Shown here piece by piece: positions 37,330-50,009 of a stretch of 64,000 nt of DNA (positions are counted from its first letter, which is position 1; each line of letters starts with the position of its first letter). Origin of the DNA: Negaprion brevirostris (taxonomy: Eukaryota). The stretch spans positions 104,652,488 through 104,716,487 of the forward strand of contig JARDVH010000001.1 in NCBI GenBank assembly GCA_030324005.1, written 5' to 3'. The translations under genes and the position numbers were made by a program. The notes under the pieces are model-generated. The model ran no database searches. It was not told where the DNA came from and worked only from the letters and a program-made list of their open reading frames with translations.

Positions 37330-38060
37330 TGGACTTTGACGATAAAGGTAAAGGGTTAATTTCAGTGAGGACCCCATCAACACTGAGACGCACTAAGGCA
37401 AAACGGTGAGCCTCTCTGCAGGAGAGAGACTGGAGCAGTATAAAGAATAAGGTCAAAAGTTGGTGTAGGGAGTGTGAGGAACAGTATAAAGACTGAGAAC
37501 TAGAGTGCTGCCAATAACAGCAGCTCTGGATGTGGCCTAAATTTTCCAAGGCTGACAGAAGTCCCGCCACCCAGGCAGTAAACAACCCTGCTTCTTCCAA
37601 TTAAATGACTGTCGTCCTATTTAAGATAGATATCTCAGCAACCTCAACAGTGGCACTAGCAGTGGCGATTGCTGAGTCTGCATCTGTAGGATAATGGTGT
37701 GTGGATGGGCATGTGATCTCAGAGATAGCTAAGTGGAGTTTGAGGGCAGGCACCTCTGCAGCAGTGGAGGTCACTACCATAGCAGGCTTCCCTGTGGACC
37801 ATGGAGTGCTCAATGAGGAGCCCACACCTCTTTCATTCACAAAGCTTGTTGGGAGGCTAGTAATCTCCTAGGTAATGGCAGGGTTTCTCACCATGGTCAA
37901 GGAAATGGAGTGATCCTTAATTGGCCACTTAACCTTACCCACAGCTGGCAAAGTGGCATGGCAGCGAGAGGACATTGGACATCCATGATGCCTTCTTCCA
38001 CAGTCCTGCCCATCACCAATTGGAAAATTCAACATGTGAGTCCATGAATGGCGCAGGAGA
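37330..38060 (+). mobile_element. Decayed Harbinger-like element (possible Myb/SANT-like ORF remnant and MITE-type end)
   Basis: Peptide VSLSAGERLEQ/RDWSSIKNKVKSW resembles the R.W..IK.K motif of Harbinger Myb-like proteins; 3' end tggaaaattcaac. Confidence 0.3.
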
Positions 38061-38394
38061 AAATAAATCACCATGTTATGCCATAGCAGCAGGAAACATG
38101 CAATGATAAATCTACAGGTAAGAATTTCATTTAATTTACTCAACCTATCAATTAGTTGCTATAAAAACTTAACCAAAGGCAATTGACAAAATACATAACC
38201 TCACTATATTTTATACATTGAAGATTGTGGAATATATCAAATATTAAAATTGAATAGTTACAGAAAAATTAAAGAGTTTTTAATTTTTCATAAAATTATA
38301 ATCTGAGGAATACAGATAATCAGTTAAATGAAACATCTAAGTTACCCTATGCAAATATACCTAGTCATGTCAGCACAAGGGAAGGATGATAGGA

Positions 38395-38650
38395 TTATAA
38401 GAAATAGGAACAGGAGTAGGCCATTCATCCATCAAACCTGCTCCATATTTAATAAGTTAATGACAGATCTGATTGTAGTTTTACTTCCACTTTCTTGCCT
38501 ACCCCTTATAACTTTTAACTCCCTTGTCAATCCGAACACATTCTAAATCAGCCTTGCATATATTCAATGACCCAACCACTGCAGCTCTCTATGCAAGAGA
38601 ATTCCTAAGACTGGTGACCTTCTGAGTGAAGAAATTTCATTTCATCTTTT
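38395..38650 (-). mobile_element. CR1 3' tail
   Basis: taagaaataggaacaggagtaggccattc...tctgagtgaagaaatttc. Confidence 0.75.
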
Positions 38651-38651
38651 T

Positions 38652-38952
38652 AAGTTTATTTATTTGTTTTACATGTAGGCTTACATTAACACTGCAATGA
38701 GGTTTACTGTGAAAATCTCCTAGTCACCTCACTCCAGTGCCTGTTCGGGTACACGGAGGGTGAACTTAGCATGGCCAATGCACTTAACCAGTATATCTTT
38801 CAGACTGTGGGAGGAAAGCAGAGCACTCAGAGGAAACCCATGCAGACATGGCGAGAATGTGCAGACTGCACAGACAGTGATCCAAGCTGGAAATCGAACC
38901 CAGGTCCCTGGCGCTGTGAGACAGCAGTGCTAGCCACTATGCCACAGTGCCA
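38652..38952 (-). mobile_element. V-SINE
   Basis: Reverse complement of the 13657 family; head through tail present. Confidence 0.85.
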
Positions 38953-40224
38953 TCCATATTCCATGTTGCAGCTCCAGGATCCTTCACATGTCCTAGGCAA
39001 TCACAAGAGTTGCATGTGTCAATAGCTAAAAGAGCTTGAACTACAGGTTTTGGAGCTTGTGAGCAGCAACTGACATCACTATACAGCATTTGAAGGTTAA
39101 AGCACATTTCTGAAGATGGCCACCTTGCAGCTAAGAATGAACAGAGGAACCTGCCAAGAGCATACAGACATGCTGTGTAGGATTCTGTTAACTGCATCTC
39201 TTTCTCCAACTGGTATTCAGTTTTGACTATTGGTGGAAGTGATGGTTCTTCTAGCGAGTGCAGCCACAACCAAGTCCACAACACCACAGATAGCTCAGCG
39301 GTAAAGTAACATCAGGAACACAACAGTGAGAGGGAATTCTATCATTAGGGGAAAAAAATGTGTTTCTTCAGTCACAGATGTTATTCCAGGTTTGTTATTT
39401 CCTCCCTGGTGTCAAGATCTAGGCTGCCACAGGCTTGGCTAGAAAAAACCCTGAAGTAGAAAGATGAGTGATGAACAGTCGTGGTCATATTGGTATCAAT
39501 GATGTAGATAGGAGGGATAAAGTCCTACAAGCAAATATTAGGGAGTTAGGAAGAGACAAGAAAGCAGGATCTTAAAGATGGTAATCTCTGGATTACACCT
39601 GGTGTCACATGCTTCTGAATATAGACAATTCAAGACAGAACGGATGAATACATGGCTGGAGTGATGGTACACGTATTCCTGGAACACTGGGGCCAGTTCT
39701 GAGGCAAATCTACATCAGCTGCACCTGAAAAGAACCAAGATGAATGTCCTTGTAGGATCAGTTGCTCACATTGTTCGGGAGGATTTAAATTAAGTTGGCA
39801 GAGGAATTGGAGCCAGGATGCAGCATTAACAAGGAGAAATAAGGTTCAGATTGCACCAAGGTAAGAAATGGAAAGGCACTTGATGGGGTCAGACTAAAAG
39901 AGAGTACAATAAGATTTAATTAATTTCAGAGTGCATGTATGCTAATTTTCAAAGCAAAATATCTAAAGTTTTAAAATGAGGCACTTCTTATCTTGCACTG
40001 TTGGCAACACCTCCACCAATCATAATCCACTTGCCAACCAATCAGCATTCCCTTCTCATACAGTACAAATTGTTCTTTCCTCTTCCACTGGTATTCTTGT
40101 GAAGTGTTTCGATGAATGCAAAATGAAAAGCTTCAACATGTCTTTTTTCAGCAAAACTCCAGTTCTGTTCTAACAAATGACTATAAATAATGTTGTACAG
40201 ATAGACACCAAGAAATATCATAAA

Positions 40225-40930
40225 GAAAAAAGTAAAATACCGCGGATGCTGGACCAAATCTGAAACAAAAACAGAAAATGCTGGAATATCTCAGCAGGCC
40301 TGACAGCATCTGCGGAGAGACAATGGAGCTAATGACCCTTCACCAGAGCTAAGAGCAAAGAAAATTAGAAGGGATTTTTACTCTGAGAGGAGGGGAGGAG
40401 GTGGAATTGGATGAAGGGAATGTAAGTGAGGATAGAAAAGACTCAGAAAAATGCTAAAAGTGTCTATTAAGTGACCAGAATGAGTGAATGGCAGAACAGA
40501 AGTGCAGATAGTTATGACAGTTGCCCTGAAAGGGGAAGGGTGTGGGTCTGCAAGATGGAAAAGATGGGGAGTGGGACTGGAGAAGTGGAAAAATGGAAAT
40601 AAGAAAAAAGGATGATAAAGATGAATGAATGAGTAAAATAAATGGAAATGGGGTGAAGGTGGAAGGGACAGTTCATGCTCTGAAGTTGTTGAACACAATG
40701 CTCAGTCTGGAAGGCTGTAAAGTGCCCAATCAGAAGATGAGGTGCTGTTCCTTTAGTTTGCATTGGGGTTCACTTAAACATTGCACAAGGATGGACATAT
40801 GGACAGAAGCGCAAAGTGGTGTGTTGAAGTGGCAAGCGACAGGCAAGTCTGGGTCCTGTTTGCGGATGGACTGAAGATGTTCAGCAAAGTGGTTGCCCAG
40901 ACTACGTTTGGTCTCTCCAATATAGAGGTA
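40225..40930 (-). mobile_element. Penelope-like element 3' end with GIY-YIG endonuclease remnant
   Basis: ORF 40730-40936: LYIGETKRSLGNHFAEHLQSIRKQDPDLPVACHFN...KLKEQHLIF, followed by the terminal repeat. Confidence 0.85.
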
Positions 40931-41194
40931 TATCATGTCATGACAATCAGAGAGGTGGGTGGGATAATAAATAGTCCTGTTTACAATATGTTGATAAATA
41001 ATAGGGAAAGAAAGAAAGTTGGATCAGAATACTATTATATTGCTGAAGAGAGAGAATATCCCTGAGGGGTCAAGGACAGGATCTGTTTAGTTATTTTGAG
41101 GAAAAAAATAGAGGTGATGTAATACTGCTGAGTGTATTCACTGGGCCATCAACTAACAAAAAAACAGGTAGGTGAGCAAATTTGCAAGGAAATT

Positions 41195-42400
41195 TGTTGT
41201 GACCCTGTTGTGGACTGTTAATGCTTAAAGAACAATTAGTCAACAGGACTAGGCCACAGATGTTTATGTTTTAAGTAAAAACAAACTTCATTGTGTAGAA
41301 AGGGAAATTGAACAAAATAAACACGACTAACTTAATATAGTAGCTATGCTATAAACTCAGTTATACTTTCCAACCCCAGACTTCCTTGATTTTACAAATT
41401 CTGGTAGGCTTACTCACTTTTCCTGGGACCAATCCAAAGATATGCCACAAGCCTCTAAAATTAATTTTAATTCTCAGTACTTCAGCTATCCTCTGAGGTA
41501 AGATTTATGGGAATCCTTCCAATTAGCTTCTTGGCTATACAATCCTCCACATTTTCTTTACTGACTTCATGATAGTGGATGCCACATTTCCTTGTTTGGG
41601 TTGCTAGTAGATATCCAACCGCCTCTCCACAGCTTTCCAAGCTAGCCATTCTCAGTGCTTTTTGTTATTAGCCTCTGTGTGGACCAATGGAAATTTTCTC
41701 TACTAGCTGTGCGCTACAGCAAATTTCCCAGCTGCTTTTCCCTCAAGAAATCTAAATTGAAATAAAGTCCCATCTGCATTTCATGTAGTAAAAATTAGCA
41801 TTTTCTCTGTTTGAAGAGCAGGCCTAAGTGATTATCAGCCCTGTTGGCTCCCTCAATCCAGTGAGCTACAGTCCACAACCCAGCATAGCTGCAACTAACT
41901 CTGTTACTTCCCCAAAATGAACTGTGTGCTTCTGTCAGCAAACACACAGAGATGAGTGATACAAAAGTGCTTTCTAACCAAGGTTCCACTCTGATTCACT
42001 ATTTCTATGACAACAGGGAGTGCTTTGGGATGATACTTACAGAAATGCAAAGGAATTATTTTACCTTCAACATGACTCTTTGATTCTGTAACTCATGTGA
42101 ATAATTTATATTGCCAGTGGAGTTTTAGGTCCCTTTTCCCAGAATTACTGCCTCTGTCAGGAAACTTACTTGTTTACAAACTGGTTTTACCTTCTCTTGA
42201 TCTGAGAACTAGGTACATAAGTAAATATTTGCTTAGATCCATTCCAATCCCAGAGGTGGGCCTTTTGTTGTTCAAGTTTTACATTTCTCCTTCTGACATC
42301 ATAATGTTAAATGTAGGACAGCATTTAACTGTAATTAACTCCAGGCTTCTTAAAAGTGCATTCATGAGAGATGCCAACCAATTTATTAACCAGATATCCT
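41195..42400 (-). mobile_element. LTR-like insertion into CR1
   Basis: Starts TGTTGTGACC exactly where CR1 homology breaks. The right boundary is unclear. Confidence 0.35.
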
Positions 42401-43829
42401 ACTAATCCACAGTTAGAACCATAGAACCATTGAATCCTACCATGCAGACAGAGGTCATTCGATCGATTGAGTTTGCGCCATCTATCCAAAAGAGCATCTC
42501 ACGTAGGCCTTCTCCTCTGCCCTATCCTTGTAGCCCCATGCATTTGTCATGGCTAATCCATCTTACCTTCACATCTCTGGACTTTAAGTTAAACCTTTAA
42601 TTCCTAAGACTAAAAGTTATATTCCAAACTGTATGAAGTACAAACTAGGTGCTGGCATATATTTAAAAAGAGATGCAAATGAGGCATTTTAATTAGTCAT
42701 TATAAGCTTGGATAGTAACAGTAAAAAGCAGAGGGGAAAGTGTTTTGAAAATTATTCAGGAGAATTCCCATCCTGATGAGGAAGAAGGCATTGCAGGATT
42801 AGATTCTGGAGAATGAGGTGGGTCAGTTGGATCAGAAATCGGTAGTGGAACATTTAAAGAACAATAATCATGCCATCATTAGGTCCAGTTTCACTATGGA
42901 AAAAGACTGTGTACAATCTAGAGTAAAGTGGAGGAGCACTAATGTCAATGGGTAAGAATGGATCCGTCCCTGATGAACTGGAACAGAAAATTCTCTGGCA
43001 AAACTGGAACAGAACAATGGGCTGCTTTTAAAGATAGGTCAGGTTACAGATGAGGTACATTCCAAAGAGGAGTAAAGCTAAGGCAACCAAAATTAGAGCT
43101 CGCTGGATAGCAAAAGAGATGGATATTAAGATGAAGCACAATGAAAGGTGTATAGAACAGGGGGCAAATTGATAATACATTTGAATATCAGACTGAATAT
43201 TGAAAGTTCAGAGGGGAAGTGAGAAAGGAAATAAAAAAGACAAAGAGGGAGCGTGGGAAGAAACTTGCAACTGGCATTAAAGAGGATTCAAAAAGTCTTC
43301 TACANNNNNNNNNNNNNNNNNNNNNNNNNNNNNNNNNNNNNNNNNNNNNNNNNNNNNNNNNNNNNNNNNNNNNNNNNNNNNNNNNNNNNNNNNNNNNNNN
43401 NNNNGGATTCAAAAAGTCTTCTACAGGGACATAAATAGTAAGAGGAAGGAAGGGGCTAAATAGGGTCCAAAATGGAAGCTACACATGGAGGTTGAGGACA
43501 TGGCTGAAGTACTAAGTATTTATTTTGCTTCAGCTATCATAGTTTGGAATATTTCTTACTATTATCAAACCCCCTAAATGGTGAAATATTACATATCTTC
43601 AGTAAATCATGCCCGGTTTTGCTCTAATATATGAACTTATAAACAATGATCGACAGGAAAAGATTTGCTGGTCCATTCAGCCTGTCTCACTCAAAGAGAC
43701 ACTTTGTGCATTGCAATCCATACACTCTACAATACACCAAAAACAATATGATTTCCCAGGAGAAGCAAAAGTCCAGAAAAACATCTCAGCCAAACTGGAA
43801 TCTATTGCATCACAGAATAGGCACAGCAC

Positions 43830-44690
43830 AGATGGAAACTATTCAGTCTGTCATATCTGTGCCAAGTCTCTGCGTGTGCAAATCATCTAGTCCCACTCTC
43901 ATGCCTTTTCCCCATTGTCCTACACATTTTTTCCCTCAGGTAACGATCCAATTTTCTTTTGAAGGCTACGATTGAATCTGCCCCCACCATAATCTCAAAC
44001 AATTCATTATAAACTCTAACCACTTGCTGTATAAAAACATTTTCCTTATATTGTCAATTTGTTTCTGGACAATCCCCTTAAATCAGTGTCCTCCAGTTCT
44101 CAAACCTTTCACCGATGGAATAATTTCTCCCCATCAAATCTATCCAGACTTTCATCAGTTTGAACACCTCCATCAAACCTCCCCTTAATCTTCTCTTCTC
44201 TGGGGAAATCTTTCCCAGATTCTCCAATCTCATTTCTGGAACCATTGTTGTGAATCCCACTGCACTCTCTATTGCCTTCATGGCTTTCCTAAAGTCATGC
44301 TGCTTAAAACGGAACACAATATATCTATTGAGGTTGAACCATTGTATTATACATGCTCATCATACTTCCTTGCTTTTGTATAATATGTGCTTATTTATAA
44401 AACCCAGGGTCCCAAATGCTTGCTTTCTCAAGCTACCCTGCCCCTTCAATGATTTGTACACATATACCTGTAAATCTTTTGGCTCCTGCAACATCTTTAG
44501 AATTGTACCTTCATCCTGTATTGTTTATCTTCATCACTTCTACCAAGATGAATCACTCCATAGTTCTTTGCAGTAAGTCATCTTCTAATTGTTGGCTGTT
44601 TTCATCAACCTACCTATGCCTTCTTGACGTTTATCCTCCCCGCAGTTCATTATGCTTCGAGATTTTGCATCATCCACAAACTTTGAAATT
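43830..44690 (-). mobile_element. CR1 3' fragment
   Basis: RLENLG..SPEKRRLRGGLMEVFKLMK (ORF 44078-44317); KVCG.CK = SKFADD-like motif near 44670. Confidence 0.8.
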
Positions 44691-44927
44691 GGTCCCTGAA
44701 TTTCCTTAGCTTCCTGAGAAAATAGAGATGTTGGGGGGCTTTCTTAACTATAGCGTTAGCATGGAAATACCACTGTTGCTCAGAACCTGAGTAAACCTTC
44801 CCCAACTCCACCCTCTGACCCCAGCCCACCATGGATAACTTTTCTGCTTATTGTTTGGATGTAGAAAAAGTAAATATCAAAAATAAAATGCATGTTTATC
44901 ATAAAAAGCCCATGCTGTTGCCACCTG

Positions 44928-45053
44928 GGCTAGAAGTTTACTATTCTGCCCGCCACAGAAACCAGAGCAGGCAAAGGGTGGACCATGGATAGGTCTGTTG
45001 ACTTTGGGTGGGATTTTACGGCTTCAGGACAAGTGAGGCCATAAAATCCTGCC
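44928..45053. mobile_element. Small Harbinger-like MITE
   Basis: Inverted ends gggctagaagtttac / ataaaatcctgccc. Similar small elements occur at about 1455-1570 and 5960-6130. Confidence 0.55.
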
Positions 45054-45890
45054 CATGGGTCTAACTTGGGAGAAATAATTCCTGAAATGGAAGGTGTTAC
45101 AGATAGGAATGAGAGAGAGAGAGCACTGAAACCCATATCCTCTACTGCCTGTAATCAGTATGTTACTGGAAAGGAAAGTAGGTATGTTCCTCAACCTTTG
45201 AGTGTTTCAATTCATGGATTTAAATAAAGAGGATTATTCGTTCAAGCAATCATTCCAAAAGTCTAAATGCTACATCGCTCACTCATACATCCTCAAGAGA
45301 GATACAGTTCAAGAAGATAATGCGCTTATAGAAGTTGTGGGCAAAAGCATAGTTCATAGTTTGCATGTTTGGCTCATTATGGGTGTTAAGGGCCTGTTGA
45401 AGAAGTTAGTTCACTCTGAGAGTGTACTCTAAATTGTTTCAATAGCTGGAGTCATACTTCAGTGTTGTAGCTGGATTCCCTTAAGGAGATGGCTTTTTAT
45501 TTTTAGCAGATTACAAAATTGCTTACTTCTGGTTTTCTTCCCAGGAGGTTAGGTTTCCATTCTTGTGGATTTTGAAAATGTTTGGCTAGATGACTTAAAG
45601 ATGCAGTAATCTCCAATTTGTTAAAAGAAAGTATGTATGCTACTGCCTTTTACTGCAGCCGCTCTTTCTTCCTACGTTCTTGGCAAGCTGGCCAATTCCT
45701 CTCCGGTTTTGGGAAAATAGATGTATTATCTGAAGACTGTTCTGGTCACATAATCAGCTGCTCTTGTCCACCTGGAACAGTTTGATAGTCCAAAGGTATT
45801 ACTACACAATGGGAGATAAGTGATACTTCACAGATACTTGTGATTATTCGTTTCTTTAGCCCTCTTTTTTAAATGTCAAGCTCAGATGTT

Positions 45891-47140
45891 GGGCCCAATT
45901 TTATCATCAAGTTGCGCCCATTTTTGGGAGCAAAAACTTGGTAAAGTCAGGTGTGAGGTGAGTAGCACAATTCGTGCCCGCTTCCACATCGGTTCCCCTT
46001 TTACCAAGGGCCGAAAATGGCCGCCTTCAGAACAACACTTGAAACGGGCACAATGTCAATTTAAATTACGTCAGTTTGCATGCATTTAAATTGACATAAT
46101 AGGCTGCATGCCCAAACTTACCGCCACTTCCCCCTTTACAATTGCGTTCGCGCATCCAGATTCGGCGCAAACTAGACATGGTCCACAAGGGTCTGATTCA
46201 AGTGCTCCAGCTTCTGAGGAGATAGTTCAGAGCTTCCAGCGGCTTGGACTCAAATTGGTGGTGGTGGAGGGGTAGGGAGGCAGGCCAAATGGNNNNNNNN
46301 NNNNNNNNNNNNNNNNNNNNNNNNNNNNNNNNNNNNNNNNNNNNNNNNNNNNNNNNNNNNNNNNNNNNNNNNNNNNNNNNNNNNNNNNNNNNAGGCCAAA
46401 TGGCTCTCAGACTCAAATTGGGAAGGTGGCGGGGGGCAGCGATGGGGGGGAGCAGGGTGGTAGGAGGATGCCCGCTGCCACTCTGTATGTGTGATCGGTG
46501 GGGGGAAAGAGCAGTCCGTTGCCATTCTATGTGTGTTTGTGGGGCAGAAGGGGGGGTCTGCTGCCAGTCTGTGTGTGATCAGTGGGGAGAATAGGGAGTC
46601 CGCTGCCACTGTAAATGTATTCGGTGCGGGGAAGGGGGATCCACTGCCACTCTGCATGATCAGAACCTTGTGGACCATATCTAGTTTGCGCCAAATCTGG
46701 ACACACGAACACGATTGTAAAGAGGGAAGTGACAGTAAGTTTGGGTGTGCAGCCCATTATGTCAATTTAAATGTATGTAAATACATTTGCATACATTTAA
46801 ATGCAGGGGGGGGGGCAGGGCCCCACGATCAACCTGGGTGGCAGGGAGGTGGGGGACAAGTGGGAGGCATTATCTGGCTTGGGAGCAATGCGGCAGGGGA
46901 GTGTTTCTCTATCATTTCTTTTCCTGCGGATGTGCGGTTGGAGGCGCCGATCAAGCTGCAGTGTTTCTGGCAGGATAAGCCCTGCCCGTAGGCTTCTGCA
47001 ACGCGATTCAGAATTGCTGCTATTTTTTCAGGCAGAGTATATATAGGAGGGTGCCTGAGAATGGGTCTGAAAGTCGGATCTGAAATACTCCCAGTTTCAA
47101 ATCTGCCCAGCACTTAGAATTAAAATGGTAAAATAGGGCT
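45891..47140 (+). mobile_element. MITE / non-autonomous DNA transposon (PIF/Harbinger-like), longest copy of the 6361/8149 family
   Basis: Termini gggcccaattttatcat / atggtaaaatagggct. Internal inverted segments, e.g. ggcgcaaactagacatggtccacaagg versus ccttgtggaccatatctagtttgcgcc. Confidence 0.7.
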
Positions 47141-48057
47141 CAGTGGATCTAGGAGTCCACAGATTTTCAATCTTGAGTAAACAGCAAACAGTAACAGGTG
47201 TACACCCCACAGATAGATTTTGTTTTGGTAAATCCATTCGAGCCTGAGGGGCCCCCACTCATGGTTATTTAATCAGGAACATTCCAGAGGCTTGACGTAG
47301 AAATTGCAAAAGTCACCTGATCCTTGGCAACCATTTTAGCAATCTGGTTAGTATACATTTTTAAATAAAGGACAGTTCCAGAAAATTATCTACTGAATGT
47401 AGTCCATGTTTAAAGATATGAATAGGAGACACCTTCATTCGACACGACAGAAGAGAAAACCATTGAAGTCTAAAAAGAAGCATACTGTATCTCCCCCAAA
47501 TTCTGTGTGTTTATGAGTTGAGAGAAAGTTGCAGCATGGAAATTGTAGTTTCCCCCAGGTTACTATGAAACAATATTCAGGATGCACCACATCACCAGAT
47601 CACAGGAGAATCTGGTACAAAAGGCCAGTGGTGTTTTGGGTCATATAATGACTTGAAGCTAATTTTAGTATTTGAGCGGCTGACCAGTGAAGTATGATAG
47701 CATTCCATCCAGTCAAAGGGCAAAGAGGCTGGAATCTTTGCATTGAACCAGTGAACGATGGATACCAATCAGGTATCCAGAACCAAATTGCCAGATTTAA
47801 TCATTAGGCACCTCAGATGTGCAAGCTAGGAGCGAGGTCTCTTCAGGGAATTGGTGGGGGAGTGGCGGGGATGGGGTAGACAGCTGAACATTCATTTCAG
47901 TATATTGGCAGCTCTTAATAAGGCTGGCAAAAACTAAAGCAAAAAAACTGGATGTAGAAACGTGATTACATTGGATTATATAGGATACATGGCAGAAAAA
48001 CAGGCCTTTTGGCTCAGCCAATCCACGATGGTGTCCATCTTTCTTCATCTAAACCAA

Positions 48058-48360
48058 AATTTAAGTTTACTTATTAATGTCTCAAGTAGCCTTACATTAA
48101 CACTGGAATGAAGCTACTGTGAAAATCCCCTAGTCGCCACACTCTGGCGCCTGTTCAGCTACACCAAGCGAAATTTAGGATGGCCAATGCACCTAACTAA
48201 CATACCTTTCTGACTTGAGAGGAAACAAGCATCTGGATAAAACCCATGAAGATATGGGATAACATACAAACTCCATACAGACAGTGGCCCAAGCTGGGAA
48301 TCGAATTCAGATCCCTAGCGCTGTGATGCAGCAGTGCTAACCACTGCACCACCATGCCAT
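48058..48360 (-). mobile_element. V-SINE
   Basis: Same family as 13657 and 38652. Confidence 0.85.
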
Positions 48361-49159
48361 CCATATCTGTCAATAAGTCCATTATTTCCCTGTCTCTCAA
48401 ATGCATCTATACTATTTGTTTTAACCACTCCCAGTGGTAGCAAGTTTCACATTCCCATCACTCTATGGGTGAATTATTTTGCATTTCCTTTTAGGAGTTC
48501 TCAGTGGCCACTTATATTCTAGTTGTGCTCTTCCCCCAACGAAGAAAAATTTTCTCTTTACCCATTGCACCAAAACTTTTCATAATCTTAAAGAACTCTC
48601 TTAGACCACTTCACAGTTTTCTGTTTTCAAGACAAGAGACCGGGCTATAAATCCTTTCCTAATGAATACAAGATGAGTCTACAGGCAAGCTTTGGTGCAG
48701 CCAATATTTTGTTTCATAGCTGCTGAAGTGATAGTGCTGCATGAGCTTGTTCTTCGTATTTGTTCATGGGATGTGGGTTATAGTCAACAAGGTCAGCCAT
48801 TATTGCCTATCCCTAATTGAACTTGAACTAGGCATGGTGAGCTGTCTTCATAAACTGCGGTCCTTCTAGTGTATGTACACCCACACTGCTGCTAGGGAAG
48901 GAGCTCTATGATTTTACCCAGCAATAGTAAAGGAATAGTGATGTCTTTCCAACTCAGGATGGTGTTTTTTAAAGCAAAACTTANNNNNNNNNNNNNNNNN
49001 NNNNNNNNNNNNNNNNNNNNNNNNNNNNNNNNNNNNNNNNNNNNNNNNNNNNNNNNNNNNNNNNNNNNNNNNNNNNNNNNNNNNNNNNNNNNNNNNNNNN
49101 NNNNNNNNNNNNNNNNNNNNNNNNNNNNNNNNNNNNNNNNNNNNNNNNNGCTGTTTATG

Positions 49160-50000
49160 TAGGTATGAGGGAGTGCTGGCCATGGCTAAATGGGTAAGTA
49201 AAAGGCATGGCAGTATATTGATAACAGAGCAGATTTAAAGAAGGAACTCAAAACATTTAACAAAAATATATTCCATTGAAATACAAAAGCTCAGTGAGAA
49301 AATCCATCCATGACTAATGTTCGGTTAAAAGAAGAGGCATGTAATGTTCAGAGAACAGTCCTATGTCTGAGGATTGGGAGTGTTTTAGAAACCAGCAAAG
49401 GACCGCCAACAAGTTGATAAAAAGGGCAGGGGGAATAGAATTTAAGAGTGAACTAGTGAGGAATTTAGAGGCAGAGACAAGAGAAATCATCATGGAGAAT
49501 GAGGCAATGAAGCAATGAACAAATATTTTGGGTCTGCCTTCACCATTGAAAAGACAAGTTATACACTAATAATGGAAGTTAACCTAGAGGCTAATATAAG
49601 CAAGGAAGAAAAACTACTGGAGAAACTTAAGAGAATAAAAGCTGATAAATCTCCAGGATCTGATGGCCTACATCATATGGTTCTACAAGAGCTACTAAAT
49701 GCACTGGTTATGATTTTCCAAAATTTTCCTATATTCCAGAAAGTTCCCAGTAGATTAGGGTTAGCAAATATAACAAGAAAGGAGGGAAGAGGAAATAGGG
49801 AACTAAAGACCAGTTAGCCTGATATTAGTTGTCTGCAAAATGTTGGAATCTATTATTATGGAAGTCCTAACAATGTATTTAGAAAATCATATGATCAGGT
49901 AAATTCACCCAAGAAGGCAAGGGATATGAAACTAAAGATCATCAATGATTATATTGAAAATTGGAACAGGCTTGGTGGACTGTAAAGTCTACTCCTGTCT
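49160..50000 (+). mobile_element. CR1 ORF2 fragment
   Basis: MNKYFGSAFTIE...LLEKLKRIKADKSPGSDGLH...L.MIFQN (ORF 49515-49817). Confidence 0.85.
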
Positions 50001-50009
50001 GTATTCCAG

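Larger units (their letters stand above)
39270..43545 (+). mobile_element. Long decayed CR1 (ORF1 SGNH-esterase, endonuclease, ORF2 start) with nested Penelope, LTR-like and SINE insertions
   Basis: GNSIIRG, LPG, VVVHIG(I)NDV, VISGL.LV esterase motifs (39330-39800). Endonuclease motif LQD*ILENEVGQL at about 42790. The CR1 resumes at about 42670 after the 41195 insertion. Confidence 0.75.

Noticed and set aside
43284-43425. Identical sequence on both sides of N gaps (ggattcaaaaagtcttctaca; also aggccaaatgg at 46282 and 46393)
   Set aside because: Most likely a contig-overlap or masked tandem-repeat artefact, so it cannot be interpreted biologically.
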